DNA from: Azolla caroliniana
Lineage: Eukaryota > Plantae > Polypodiophyta
Assembly (NCBI GenBank): GCA_043228905.1
Contig: JBHGNT010000009.1
Coordinates: 17,360,001-17,424,000 of the forward strand
Direction: 5' to 3'
Length of the DNA stretch: 64,000 nucleotides
Positions within the stretch are counted from its first letter, which is position 1. Each line of letters opens with the position of its first letter. The position numbers were made by a program, and so were the translations under genes. The notes under the pieces are model-generated. The model was not told where the DNA came from and did no database searches. It saw nothing but the letters and a program-made list of their open reading frames with translations. Of the stretch, positions 25,201-38,948 are shown piece after piece.

Positions 25201-28200
25201 CAACAAATAGGTTCCAATAGCATCTTGTAAACTTTTATCCATTAACATTGGCAAGATTATGATGTAGGCTACCATTATTTAGTAATCCCGTTTTTCTAAA
25301 CAAGTCAATGAACTTTTTAGTTTCACTCTTGCAACTAAAGTATACAACTCAAAACAAGAGAACATTATTCACAACTGTAGCACATGCCCATGTTCAAAAC
25401 ATTGTGCATAAATCTATAAATATGCATGTGTATGTGAGCTTATGGGCCTATCTCATTTTAAAGATAAATCAATAGATAGATAGTTCTATTTTATGATCAT
25501 CCTTTAAAATATAACCTATGGGACAAAAAGTGAATCATTTTTATTTAGTATGTGAATATTGATTTTCAAGAAATTTATAAATAAACATTGCAATCAGGAG
25601 TGCACATTGTGACTGAGAAAAATGGAAGTAGATAGTGGATCGGATTGACAATGTGTTGAAGGCAAACTTGAATGTGGTCAAATGTAAGGCATTGTATCAA
25701 AGTGTGATACTTTGAATCCCATACTTCAAGGCAAAACATGCATAGTCAAGGAGCCCACTTCACTTGTGCTACCACTGCTCCAACTGACATTGAAGAAATG
25801 TGAGCTAAGTCGTATTGAAGGAATTTTGGACATTTTCAAGTTCTTTCCATGTGGATTTCACAATGCTACTGCCCCATACTTCAACAACATAGAGAAGCAT
25901 TGGTGTTGTAAATTTGTCAAAGAGAATCCGTGAGAGCCCAGAATTTTTACTTCTCCAGCATGGTATATGTTCTCAAATGCATAGTATGTTCCGTTTCTCA
26001 CTTTTGCACAACACATAGCACAGTCCGTCAACTATGATTGGAGGAAGCCTCTAGCCCAAGATATTTGATGATATTTGTATGGTTTCAAGTGACTTATTAG
26101 TGTACACAATGCGCAATTTATCCTTACCTAGAGTCTTCACAAAGTATAACCTTCATTTTGGAGTTAATGACATTCATCTTATCATGCAAACGTTTTCCAA
26201 TGCACTCATAATCTTTTGTGCATTTTCTAAAGTATTTGCAAAAGGCACAACATCATCTGCATAAAACTAAAAGCATGATAAATACATTATTATTGGTAAC
26301 TTCTTCAATGCTTTCTTGATTTACAAACTCGTTGACCATTTGTTATAATTCATTAAATGCATAAACCAATGAGAATTGGAGAGAGTGGGCATCCTTCTTA
26401 AACACCAATAGTGCAATTTAAAAATCTGCAATTCAATCTCTCATATGCAAATGGCATATCACCTTCCCATAGATTCAAGAAATTGCAAACACACATTCAT
26501 TTGGTCCTCTAATTTCTTCCATAACTTTCCAAAGATGCTTATGGGGCTCAAAAGCTTTCTTGAAGTCAGTAAAACAACAATATAGTCCTTTACCTTTCAA
26601 ACAAGTTTCTTCCATTAGCACCCAAAGAGTGACCAAATGATCAACAGTGCTATACTGTTTTTGAAAACCAGAATGTCTATAAGCCCTCTTACTATTCTTT
26701 TTAGACCATGCACTTACCTTAGGTTCCATCATACATCCAAATAGCTTTGCTATTAAAAAAAGCCAACCAAGATTACCCAAAAGGTTGTTCTCCATCCCAA
26801 TAAGCACAAAAATTACAATCATAATCAAGGATATACCATCCAGCTACAAAGGTGAGAACTCCATTGGTGTCATTATTTAAATCCACGTGTTGCATTTACA
26901 CTCATCATGTTTACCAATAGAGGCACGATTATTGTACATGCTACCTCTCCTTGTCCTTTTTGTAGTCTTGGATTTTTACCCCCTATCAAAGAGTGTAGAT
27001 TGTATTGTCCAAGCCTTGAATCCTTTAAGCACGATGCTCCCAAGTTTCAACAAGAAATGTAATATCTAATTCATCAGTTAGTTCGTATATGCCAATGCCC
27101 ACATGCCATGGGTATACATTACAATTCCAAGTATATATTTGTAGAAAACATGAGATAGTTCCATTGGTCACAAATCCTTGTTCACAAACCTTACCTCCTT
27201 GTATCTTTATTCAAGACCTTGCATGGGTGAAGACTTGACAAAGAGAAAGCTAAATAGGAAGGAGGGAGGCACCTATCTTGTGATGTGTCCTACGTGCATT
27301 AATTGGAAACACCTATACAAAATTAAACCCTATGAGCCAAGGTATCTCACTTCCTGAGAGGAAAGCTTATGAATAGTCATATGTCATCGAAGAAAAGCAT
27401 ATGGAGAGATATTAAAATTTCCATCACCAATGATGCCCCTTAACCTACTATGTAATGCTTCTCAAGCAACTCATGAAGATTAACGGCAATGAAGTTACAT
27501 TATTGTTTTCTTCCTAAGAGTCTTTTAATGTAATTTGTATGGCAGATGAGATTAGATGCATGAGCTTGATTTAAGTTAGTTACATCAGAGCTTTGAGCTC
27601 CTTGCGCTCCTCTATTGGCAAAGACCAGATGGATAGAGCTTGTCTCGATGGGATCACAATTCCTATTAGTCTACGTCACAACCTAGTCATGTGCTCTCTA
27701 TATCTCGCAATAGAAAGGTGTTTTGAAGAAAAAACGATCATTATGATTAACAAAGACATGGTGTGGGTATGTGCCCAATCATAGGGCATGCCATAACATA
27801 GTATCCCCCATACATAATGGCTACTATGTATGTCCATCCTCTTGCCCACAACATTAAGGTTGTGTATCCACCCACATCCAAGGATATCTTCAAATGGACC
27901 CATGACACTTTTGTTCATCACATACCATACCCCCTTAAGGATTTATTATTTCATCGATGACCAAAAGTTTGGAAAAACTTTCCAAAGTTGTATTAGACAA
28001 AGCTCCACCTTTCCTTTCCTAGTTTAGAATGCAACGCCCCCTTTTTATAGGCCAGCTCATCCTATAAAAATATAATGCAACAAAAGTGAAAAGAATGCCC
28101 TCCACTCTCGGAATTACTTTTTTTATCTTTTCTTGTTGTTGCTTTTTTCCTCACACCTGTTGTTGCTTTTTTCTTCAATTCTTATTGCTTTTTTCTTCTC

Positions 28201-31200
28201 GATCTTATTGTTTGCTTTTATCTTCACACTTGTTTCTTTTTCTTTACACCTGTAGCTGAGTTTTCCTTTATACCTATCTCCATTTTTGTTTTAGGTGTGA
28301 CTTATCTTCTCTATGAAGATTTATCCTCAAAGCACATGTATGCCTTCCCCAAATTATAACATAAGACATATCGCAACTCTCCTAGAACTTGATTCTTAAT
28401 TTTCTTTTTGCTCCATTCTCCAATTTCAATGTCATCAAAGGCATTCACTTTGTCATTTGGATGTTTTCTACTTTTGATTCAAAATCACTGACATCGTAAT
28501 CATGAAAAGCCAACAATAAGATGTGGAAAGGTCAGCAGGGCAAGGAGAATGTCTCTGATATCGTGTTATAATGGCTTTATCTTATGAAAATATGCACACT
28601 GAGTTTTTGTTCCTAATTGAAGTCACCAATATCCACGACAAAGAGAATTGGCCTAGATGTTTGCTTGTACACCATGAGAAGTGCCCCTAATAGAACCAGT
28701 GCAGAAGCTGCAATCTGTCAAAGTTCTTTGTTGAGATGGATCAGTAAGCCTAGACCTCTCCCATGAGGTCCTCTTTATGTCTCCTTATCTCTGTAAGAAA
28801 GAGCACAAAGAATCTTTGATAATTGTACTCCATCACTCTACGAAGAGGTCCAAATCAATCTCTAAACAGACCATGATATCCACCTCTGATCTCCTAATAG
28901 ATAAGCAAATGGACAATCGTGACAAACATAATGCTCCTCATATTAAACTTCTTTATTGCAAAGCTTGCATATTGTGATTGTGTATGCTTATATAGTCAAC
29001 TCTCTATCCATAGTTGATGAGATCTCATCATATATAGACCTTCCTTCATCATTGTGTGACAGCCATGTGACATGTCTCAATATACTTGAGGTGAATAATG
29101 GAACCATTCAAGGGCATATATAAGAAGTGGGATTTTTAAATGGCCATTACTGTGCCTAGTTGCGGTTTTGAATTGATCCGAGTTTGTTCTATATCAACTT
29201 TAATGATATTTTTCCTCATCACTTTATTCTGCTGACATGGTCCTGGTCAAAAATAAAGAATAAGATGAAGAAACTAACCTATGTTGGCATTTTTTAAAAG
29301 ACCAAAATCGTGTATGGGACCAAATGAGAGATTACATTTAAAATGTCATCTCATCTTTGAGAATATACTAAAATTTAGTGTACCAAAATTTTGATAAAAG
29401 CAGCTAAGGTACCCAATTATCTCATTAGCTACGCACTTAAACTTCTGATTAGACACGAGGTATTCAAAATTAGGATAAATCTTTATTTCCAACAAAATTG
29501 TCCCATGAAAATGGTGTTCATGTCATTCACACAAGCATGGCAAAAGCAAAGGTGCTACATTAAACGACATTCATGCCTCACTAAGATCTTGGTGTTGAAA
29601 TGGAGAGGACATACCAATAGATCCAATTTAGGATTTATAAACATTCAAATTAAGCTGAGACAAATGATGATGTGCTCACTAGGAAATACCATCAGAATTC
29701 CAAGTTCTGAACACAAAAATGTCTCACTCATTGCATCTTGTTATAGATCTACACATTCTAGTGATTCTACTTTTGTTCTTAGATGTTATAGCATATTTTG
29801 GCATTACATTCTCTTTATGATGTCTCTGCAGCAAACCCATCCATTCATAGCTCTATGATCTAGAACTGAGTTTATATGTATTCTTCATTCTAAAAATATC
29901 TCAAGGTCAAGTTTGTCCTCCGGAAACATAAACTTATCATCCTTTCTTGCTTCCACTATTCTTTAATTTTGTTTCTTTACTTCTTTTATTTATGTATTCC
30001 CTTCTTCTTCTTTTATTTGTTTTCTTTTTGTTTCTTTTCTTCATCGCACAATACCAACAAGAAAAACAAACCTTCCAGCCTCAGGATATATTACATCTGA
30101 GCCGTCACTCTTTGTAATTACATGGTCTATATGGAATATTTTTGGTTTAATGAATCATAGTATAAAAATATTCTATGAGATCAATATTATGATCCTGATC
30201 TTCTATTGTTCAAGCATTGCATTTTTATAGATAAAATTTTTAGGACCGCCCTAACTTACTAACATTCTCTTTTATATTGGACATTAGGAAGCATAAATCA
30301 TCTTGAACTATAGACAATATAGAACATCATTTCAGAAGTGGCTCAGGACCTAGCATTACTATAAATGTAAAGCTTTGACTTGTCTCAACTATGAAAAAGG
30401 AAATAGCCACATACTTAATGTATGAGCAAAATATTCATTATTCCAGTTACTTTTTTCAACGAATCAACTAACCTTCATAAAAAATCTCAATAAACCACAG
30501 AAATCACAAGTGAGAGATAGAGAGAACATAAGTCATTTGATAAACGTCTTAACTGTTAGATTTGAAAGGTTGAGCATGCATGCATTTTGGGGAATCTCCT
30601 CAAGCATATGGTAGAAACAAATTCAAGCGTCTTAAAATATAAGGATTGAACATGCAATTTAGTAGCATTTAAAGTTCATAGAAAAAACGAAAATGCACGA
30701 GCATCAATACTCTCCATGATAGAATCTTGGTGATAGGATGGAAGATGTATTTTCAGATGCAAAACAAGACACTGGTTCTATGATGTAAAGTTCTAGAAAG
30801 TCATTTTGAACATACCTGAAGAGGAACTGCCGATTAAGGTTAGAAACATCAATGGTATCCATATCAATGACATCGATCTTGCCAAACCCAGAAAGTGCCA
30901 AGTCTTTGAGAAGTTCACAGCCTAATCCTCCTGCTCCAATTACAAGAACTCGTATATCTTGAAGCATTTCTCTGAGCTAAAAGGAGGACAATCGAACGCA
31001 GAAGAATTACTTCAACAAAAGAGACAAGACAAGAAAACAAGCTGAGAGAATAAAGTTGAAGCATCTCTGTGAGCGGAAAAGAAAAAAAAAACGAGCAGGA
31101 GCATTGTCGTTTCACGAAAGAACATAATAGACAGAGAAAGAACGTGGAGATCTTGACGCGTTTTCGCTGAGCTGAGATGGAGAAAATGAACAACAAGAAA

Positions 31201-31341
31201 ATTCGCCTCGACAAAGAACAAAGATTCGGGAAAGGAAAGAAGTAGAAGAAGAAGAAGAAGAAGAATAGACGGACCAAATCTATGGTAAATCGTTTTATTC
31301 TTCTTCTTCTTCTTCTTCTTCTTCTTCTTCTTCTTCTTCTT

Positions 31342-31373
<32 letters not shown>

Positions 31374-31469
31374 CTCAGCTCCTGGTTCAAAACCGGGACC
31401 TGCGAGATTTCCATCGCGAAGGAGAAGACGATCGATATCCTGCCATCGACCTTCCATCGCCATCGCCAT
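22244..31469 (-). CDS. UBA3: NEDD8/RUB1-activating enzyme E1 catalytic subunit (plant ECR1). Exons: 31374-31469, 30816-30976, 24738-24940, 24024-24256, 23864-23926, 22992-23048, 22796-22917, 22601-22718, 22244-22516; about 441 aa
   Basis: [48 protein letters not shown], catalytic [11 protein letters not shown] and [15 protein letters not shown]. All junctions are GT-AG and phases join into an open 1326-nt CDS. Confidence 0.95.
25590..26830 (-). mobile_element. RTE-like LINE fragment within UBA3 intron 2
   Basis: [15 protein letters not shown]...[11 protein letters not shown] and a degraded YADD at about 26250-26265. Confidence 0.8.
31298..31371. repeat. (TTC)n microsatellite at the start of UBA3 intron 1
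   Basis: Perfect trinucleotide run starting right at the splice donor. Confidence 0.95.
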
Positions 31470-31471
31470 TG

Positions 31472-31505
<34 letters not shown>

Positions 31506-31627
31506 CTCTGTGTGACGACGACTATGACGATGATGACGACGAAGACGATGAAATGATGAAATGAAATGAAATGGAAACGAAAGGAAATAAAAGGCTTGAG
31601 TTCGAAATTTGAACTGATACTGTATAC

Positions 31628-31658
<31 letters not shown>

Positions 31659-31710
31659 TGTATGTATGTATGTATGTACGTACGTACGTATGTATGTATC
31701 TATCTATCTA
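31472..31710. repeat. (TC)n, (GAC/GAT)n and (TATG)n microsatellites in the UBA3 5' region
   Basis: Directly visible. Confidence 0.9.
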
Positions 31711-32833
31711 TTTTGCTACCAAATAATAAAGAGGCGTGGTGAGGAAATCGCAGTCACAATCTGCACCGCTGGATCGTGATCCACACAAAGCGCACACCTG
31801 TAACTAACCCGAGCCAATGTTTATATAACCCGGCCCTTATTACTTCTAACCTGGCTCCATGTTTCTAACCCTGCTTCTGTCAGTACTAACTCGGTTCCCA
31901 TTTTCTAACTTGGCTATAATATCTGTCATGGCTTTAGCATCCAACCCAATGGTGACCCATATACATATATAAAGTGTACTGTATGACGAGAAATTTGAAA
32001 TTTTATTTTTGTGGTGAGCGAGGGCGCGAAAAAACAGAGAAGACGATTGCGTCTTGACACAAGCAAATTTAAACCCTAGCAACCAAGCAGGCGGTTTCGC
32101 GTTACACACGACATGATCCCCTTCTTTCCTAATAATGAGAAGAATAGCATCTTCACCATCATCCTCTGTCTCCTCCCAGCCATGCTCCGAGTGATGGGAG
32201 CTCCCACTCTTCGCTACAACAATGTCATAAGCTTTTGGGGCACAGATAGTACAAACTCTCAAAGAACAAGAAGAGGTAACGACATCTCTTCGTCTCTACT
32301 TCGTTGTCCTTGTCCACCACATCCAACATTAACAATCATGCCTTAACGTCATCTTTGACTGTCGTTAGAGTCAAAGCATCCCCATCATCATCTTCTTCTT
32401 CTTCAACATCAATGGATTCTGCAATAACAATATCAGAGGATCTGATGAGGTAGATGTACGAACAAGGCAAGTTCCTCACTCCTAAAAGATCCAATTCCAA
32501 GAGGGCATCTCCTACGTCTTCAATAAGAACCCTATGCATTATATTGAACCACAACAACATTTGTAGGTCTATAACTTTGTTCGTGCTTTCCATAATCTAC
32601 ATCTTCATTATATGAGAGTTGCCTACTGGTAACATTGCTTTCTTCTTGATTTGTGTAGGCTTGGAGATGTTGCATTATAGTTCCAAACTCATCGGTAGTC
32701 ACTCTTGAGAGAATTATGGGGAATGAGACAATTGGTATGCGAATAATCCATTACAATGCTCTCTCTATCTCTCTACTTGGATAACATTATAATGATGTCA
32801 TCTTCATGGGGAGAATGAGATTCATATATCTAG

Positions 32834-32879
32834 CTAGACATGTATGCTAAATGTGGCTCACTTGTAGAAGCTTGAGGAT
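32834..32879 (+). pseudogene. Isolated PLS-class PPR motif fragment
   Basis: Translates LDMYAKCGSLVEA*, a hallmark plant PPR motif; cut by a putative LTR start at 32880. Confidence 0.6.
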
Positions 32880-35800
32880 TGTTATCGATGCAGAAGTGGT
32901 TGAAGTGAGAGACCGCATGAACCTCTATCTGGTTTACAGTCCAATTTAAGTGATTTGAACCCCATTGTTTTGACGAGCATCACATTGGAAAAAAATGATG
33001 TGCCCTTCACAAGCCATATATTGCCTAATAAGAAAATATCTACATAAGTGTTATGTACACATAACGTAGGTGAGGGTAGGTCACTAATATTTACATAAGT
33101 GAAGGGTATGTTCACTAATGTTAAAAAGGGGACTAATGTGATTGGATAGAAGAAATGATAGGTGCATGCACTATCATGATTTGGACAACCAATGAATGGA
33201 GAGCCTTTTAGAAAGGCACACCTATTCAAGGGGCTTAGGAAAAGGTATAAATATGAGGCTTAGCTACCCTCATAAGCACATTACGTCGGAAGGTTGTTGT
33301 CTTAGACACCAATGGTGCGGGCTAGGCTTTCGTCTCGATGATCGTGTTTATCTCTTCCAAGGTATTAGTCATCCTAATATCTGGCAGTATGGGACGTCGG
33401 TGGTAGGTTGGCTATGTTTAGATCATAGCTCGGGGGTGGTTGAGTGGAACAGGTTATTTTATCTAATCTATTTTCCTTCTTTTACTTTAGTTTGGTCTAT
33501 TGATTAGTAATAGACTCTTAATAGTGGTATCAGAGCATTTACTAACTTCTTTTTTTTGACGTTTTTTGCGTATGAGTGATGGGGATCTAACAAGGCTCGT
33601 CATGCTCTTCACATGATCAAAACAACATTCTTAACCGGGTATTCTTCTTTCTCGATCTCTCTTTTCTTTTCTATGATGCGTTCTTCTTGGTCATGTGGAA
33701 GTGGTATTACGTTTTCTTTTCTTTTCTTTCTTCTTTCTACCATGATACGATGTTAATCTACTTATGCATCAAGTCGAGCGTGTTTGCACTAATCGCGCAC
33801 GCTCAACTCATGGCCCTTTTGCATATTGCGATGTATCTCCCGCTCTCCCTTCTCTTGAGCCATCTCTTATGGTAATAATTATTCTTGTGCATCGGGTCGA
33901 GCGTGTTTGCCCTAATCGCACACGCTCACCTCATGGCCCTTTTGCATATGATGTTGAGTGTGGCACCCTTCCCTTTATTGAGCCATCACTTAGCTGATTC
34001 TATGGGATGATGTGGTCTTAACGAGGTGTATATCACCTACCTATCCCACTTTACTCTCTATTGAGCCATCACTTGGCCGATTCTATGGGATGTTGTGGTC
34101 TTAACGAGGTGTATATCGCCTACCTATCCCACTTTACCCTCTATTGAGCCATCACTTGGTCGATTCTATGGGATGTTGTGGCCTTGACGAGGTGTATGCC
34201 ACTTACCTATGCCACTTTACTCTCTATTGAGCGATCACTTGGCCGATTCTAGGGATATGTGGTGGCCTTGAGGAGGTGCATGTTGACTACCCTAGCGTTG
34301 CTTACCTTAAGGCCTGCTTAATGTTCCATACACCTAATTGATTATTATTCTAATTAATTTCTAATTACACAAATTATCGTTTCACTTTTGTATGATTTTC
34401 TCATCATTGTCATTTACCCACCCACAATTAACTCTCTTTTTTCCCTTCCTTTTCATGTTTAAAGTATTTACACGTGTTTGCCTATAATGTAACGCTTCCG
34501 TGTAAAAAATTGATTGGGCATCATGCCATTTTTTGAACGATTTTTTCCAACGAGTCATCTAGGTTTAACTCATATTATTGAGCCCTAGACTCAAGTGAAA
34601 CCACATGAGTTTCCCTATTGATGTTTTACTCATAAATTTGAGTACTACATCTTTGCGCACAATACCACCACCATTTGTATCAACTTGTGACTAATGTCAC
34701 AATTGAGCAAATTAAAACCATCATAGTGGGATGTATATGTGCATACCTCGCACCATCTATTTATTTGTGACATTGTTTTTTTTTGTAGGTAGCACATGGG
34801 TTTTTTTTTACCCTTGTTTTCGTCACTGCTTAACTCTTATGGGTAGTGCCTTATTTTATCGTTTTTGTCATAACATTTGCTTGTTACTCACAAGACTAGA
34901 ATATTACTTGCGAGTGCACTTGTTTTTTCACGTAATACACTTTTTTGACCATATCAATACATGTTGGGTTGGCATTAATATAAGGCTAACTAGGAAATTA
35001 CATTGATGTTAGAACCATGGTTGAGCCTCGGGGAGCCGCCATGATTATTCAAGATAGAGATTTGAGAAAGACATCTTAGCTATGTTTTCCCCCATGGTTT
35101 TTAAAACACCATAGTGTTACCATAGTTATCGGATCTCGAATCACATCTCATATGTCTAGAGGGGTAATGACGTGAGATGCTTTCTTGGTAAAGTTCTTCC
35201 AATCAAAATTTCAAGCATTCATTTTGCTTGTGTATTTTTTGAACCTCCTTATTTATATTGCATACCCACAACTTGCATCATGGAACAAGTTTTGAACGTT
35301 GTTGGAGTGATCTCTCCGACCGAGACCTCTCAACTCCAATCCGCATCTCGCACACAAGCTGGGATCACTATTTAACAATTGCTCACTACTACCTTGAATC
35401 AATTGGCCGAAATGAGGCAGGCCAATATGGCATCGGAAAAGAAATTCCAAGAATTGACTATTGAGTCCCCAAAAGAAGGCGAACCTTCTTTCATAGTCAC
35501 GCCATTCAAGGGAGATATGAAATAAAGAACCGAGGAGGCCATTAACACTTGGCTTGGTCATTGGGAGTCTCACTTTAAGCTCCACCCCAAACCCGATGCT
35601 GTAAAAATTGGTTATGTCGGTCGTGAGTTAGGTGGCTGAGCTGCTGCTTGGTGGCGCGGCCTAAGGACTGCAAATAACTTATCCACAACTTCGAAAGGTT
35701 TCATTGATGTTTTTAAGAAAAAGTTCTTGCATCCACCTTCTCAAATTGAACAAGTGCAACACTTCCTCACGTTGTCGAGTAAGCCATTTACCTCTCTCGA

Positions 35801-37696
35801 GGATTATGTGCAACATGCTCGAACCTAGATCCAAAAATCGGGACTTATGAGTGAGAAATGGTTTGTCGCTTGTTTTTTGAATGGTATTCCCAATGGGGAT
35901 TACCATTGGATTGTCCATGACAAGAACCCCACAACTTTTGAGGACGCTGTCGACATTGTACTTCGGTACCATAGGACTTCCAAGAAAGACCACACAATAA
36001 ACCTGAGTTCACCAAAACTCTGAATGTCAAGTTCATTGGGAAACGTAAGCAATCCAGTGACACTCTTGACTGCGACTCCAAGAAACCGAACCTCTTCTGT
36101 GCATATTGCAAGAAGCGGGGCCACACAAAGGATACTTGTCGTCGACTTGAGAGGAAGTTAATGAACACCCCTCAAGACAAATCTACCGAGTCACACAGGT
36201 GAGTCTTTTGATGTTATTGAAGTTCATACCAACCACTTAAGTTCATGTGAATGCACTTTTCCTTCACATTTACTTGGACCTAATGATTTACTCCGATTAG
36301 TCAGGTATATCAATGGAACACAAGCACATTTCTTGTTTGATTCTAGTAGTTCTCACAATTTTCTTAATGATCACTTTGTGCAGCAAATGCAACTCCACAG
36401 AAACGCAAGTGATCATATCTATGAAGTTCACATGGCAAACGGAAGTGTTCAATACATTAATGGCATTGTTTGTTAACTGCCAATTCAAATAGATACCTAT
36501 CTGGAGAAGCTTGACTTTCATGTTATGAAACTACAATCCGCATATGTTATTTTAGGATACCCTTGGTTTTTTAAAAACCCTTTTTTGTCCATTTATTGGG
36601 TTAATCACTCAATCACATTTGAACTTAATAATTGTAAACATTTTATTCAATGTTCCAAACTTCCTTCTCGTTCACTTGTGTCTTCTAAATCTTTAAGTGA
36701 GTATTCTAGTTCATCAATTTATTCGTGCGTAATTGATCTCGTGCTTCAATTTTATTATTAATTACCACATTATGAACAACATTTACTCGACTCTATTTTA
36801 GACGGTTTCAAGACATGTTTCCTAACAGATTGCCGCTTACTTTACCACCAAAACGTAATGTGGACCATCAAATTGAACTCATCCTCGGTGCCGCTCCTAT
36901 GAGCATTCCACCTTACCGACTTCGTCGATTAGAAGAGGATGAGATCGCTACATAACTTAACAAATACTTGTGTATGGGCCACATTAGGTATACTAAATCA
37001 CCTTGGGGTGCGCAAGTTCTATTAGTTAAGAAGAAGGAAGATTCATGGCGAATGTGTATCAATTATCGTCGTTTGAATAAAATGACAATTAAAAATGCAT
37101 ATCCGTTACCTCGCGTCGATGATTTGATTGATCGTTTGCATGGGGCCCGATATTTTACGAAAATTGACTTATGAACAGGTTATCATCAGATTCACATTGC
37201 CGAGGATGATATTTCTAAAACTGCTATTCGTATGCGCTATGGCCATCATGAGTTTTTAGTCATGCCTTTTGGGTTGACTAATGCTCTAGCCACATTCCAA
37301 CACGTGATGAATGACGTTTTCCGAGATCAACTCGGCGATTTTGTTGTCATCTTCTTGGATGATATTCTCATATATAGTCGTACCTTACAAGATCATGTTC
37401 AACATGTTCGATTTGCAAAAGTTTCTTGACAACTCTTTATATGCAAAACATTCAAAATGTGATTTTTTCCAAAAATCTATTGTGTACCAAGGTCATTTAA
37501 TTACAAAAAATGATGTTGAAATTGAACCTTCTCATATTGAAAAGGTTAAACTTTGGCCCATTCCTCGTAATATTCGTGAACTTCGATCATTCTTAGGATT
37601 TGTTGGATTTTGATGAAAATCATTTCGTAATTATTCTAAATTGACTACGCCATTACCTGACCTTTTAAAAGGTCATCCACGTAAGTATGTCAAAAA
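32880..37696 (+). mobile_element. Old degraded Ty3/gypsy element (LTR, Met PBS, gag, protease, RT), truncated at the transposon TIR
   Basis: PBS TGGTATCAGAGC at 33525-33536; Zn knuckle CAYCKKRGHTKDTC near 36100; LFDS protease near 36335; RT motifs [35 protein letters not shown]. The LTR start is approximate. Confidence 0.8.
33975..34290 (+). repeat. About 4 copies of a ~83-bp tandem repeat in the retroelement leader
   Basis: Repeated TATTGAGCCATCACTTGGCCGATTCTATGGGATGTTGTGG. Confidence 0.8.
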
Positions 37697-38948
37697 CACG
37701 TTCGCGTTCTCAAGTGGAAGGATCGCGCATAAATGGAAGGATAAGGAATATTTTGATTGATTTTAGTACTTTTTCAATGATTTTCCAAAACACATTGATA
37801 CCAATATCATACATGTTCAAATATACTATGAAAAAGGTTAAAAATCTACTATTTTCGTGATTTAGAAGTAAATAAAAAAGGAGGAATTTCAAAAAGTTAC
37901 ATTCTCAATTTATATCACAAACTTTACAACCAATGTTATTTTATAAGAAACGATTTTTTAGAAATCATAAGAATTCAAAACACATGCTTTTATATTACTC
38001 GATTTGTTACAAGCGGAATGTAGTTACACTTAATAGCCAAAAATACATTCATGATCACTCCTTTATGGAGAATCACTACTATAACTAATATACAATGACG
38101 ATTCCTCCTCGTCATCCTCGGATGTACCAATCAATGCATTATCTTCGTCATAAACCAAATGGTTTGACTCTAGATTAAATGTAGCAGATCTCGTTTGCCT
38201 TCGACTTGAGCCACCTTGTAGACCTGATAATTTTTCTTTTATTATATGTACTGTTGACTTCCTTAATTGTCTGACTTTTGTAAGCGTGGAGTCGTACACG
38301 ATGATATCCACATAAGAGATATAAAGGGTCGAGGTGTTACAAATGTTTCGCTCCTCTTCCTACCTCCCCTTGTCGTTGGGCATTCAATCATCTCCAATGT
38401 ATACTTACCCGTAAAAGCATTTGCACTTCTAGTATTGTACCAATGAACGTGTCATGATATGGCAAGACTCGAACCCATGACCTTATACTACATGGGTCGA
38501 GCTCTCGACCATTAGACTATACATTGTAATATATAGAATATTATTTTCATTTATGTTTTATTATAGAAAATTGATGTATATTCCAGATTTCTCTGGAACA
38601 TTCTAGAAACTTCAGGAGTATTCCTTAGAACACTATAAAAGGAGGCACAAGGCATTATTTCGAACCAAATTGGTTCAACGCTAGTCTTAAGCCTCCTAAC
38701 TACTGTACATTTTCTTCACATAATATATATCTTTTCTTATCATCTCTCTCTCTCTCTCTCCCTCCCTCCCTCCCTCTCACTCACTCTTTCCTTCTCTCGA
38801 GAGTTCTTCACCTCTCTTAGTACTAATACTTCTTTTAGTACTAATTCCTTCTCTGTCTTAGTACTGTTCCTGACAGTTTGAACCGATTTTCCTACCTTCT
38901 GTCTCTCTCATTTCCTACTAATCTCTTATTCCTCTTTTCTTTCATCCC

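Noticed and set aside
27100-29900. Possible solo LTR or ORFs in UBA3 intron 2 (e.g. 29391-29858)
   Set aside because: No recognisable motifs, termini or TSDs that I can support.
30915-31515. Poly-Arg and poly-Leu ORFs
   Set aside because: They are read-through of the intronic (TTC)n microsatellite; only 31374-31469 is a real exon.
31846-32593. Short ORFs upstream of UBA3
   Set aside because: Fragmentary, with no recognisable domain.
37697-37730. RSS/Transib-type terminus
   Set aside because: Only CAC is shared. There is no heptamer/nonamer, and the transposase motifs are not RAG1-like.
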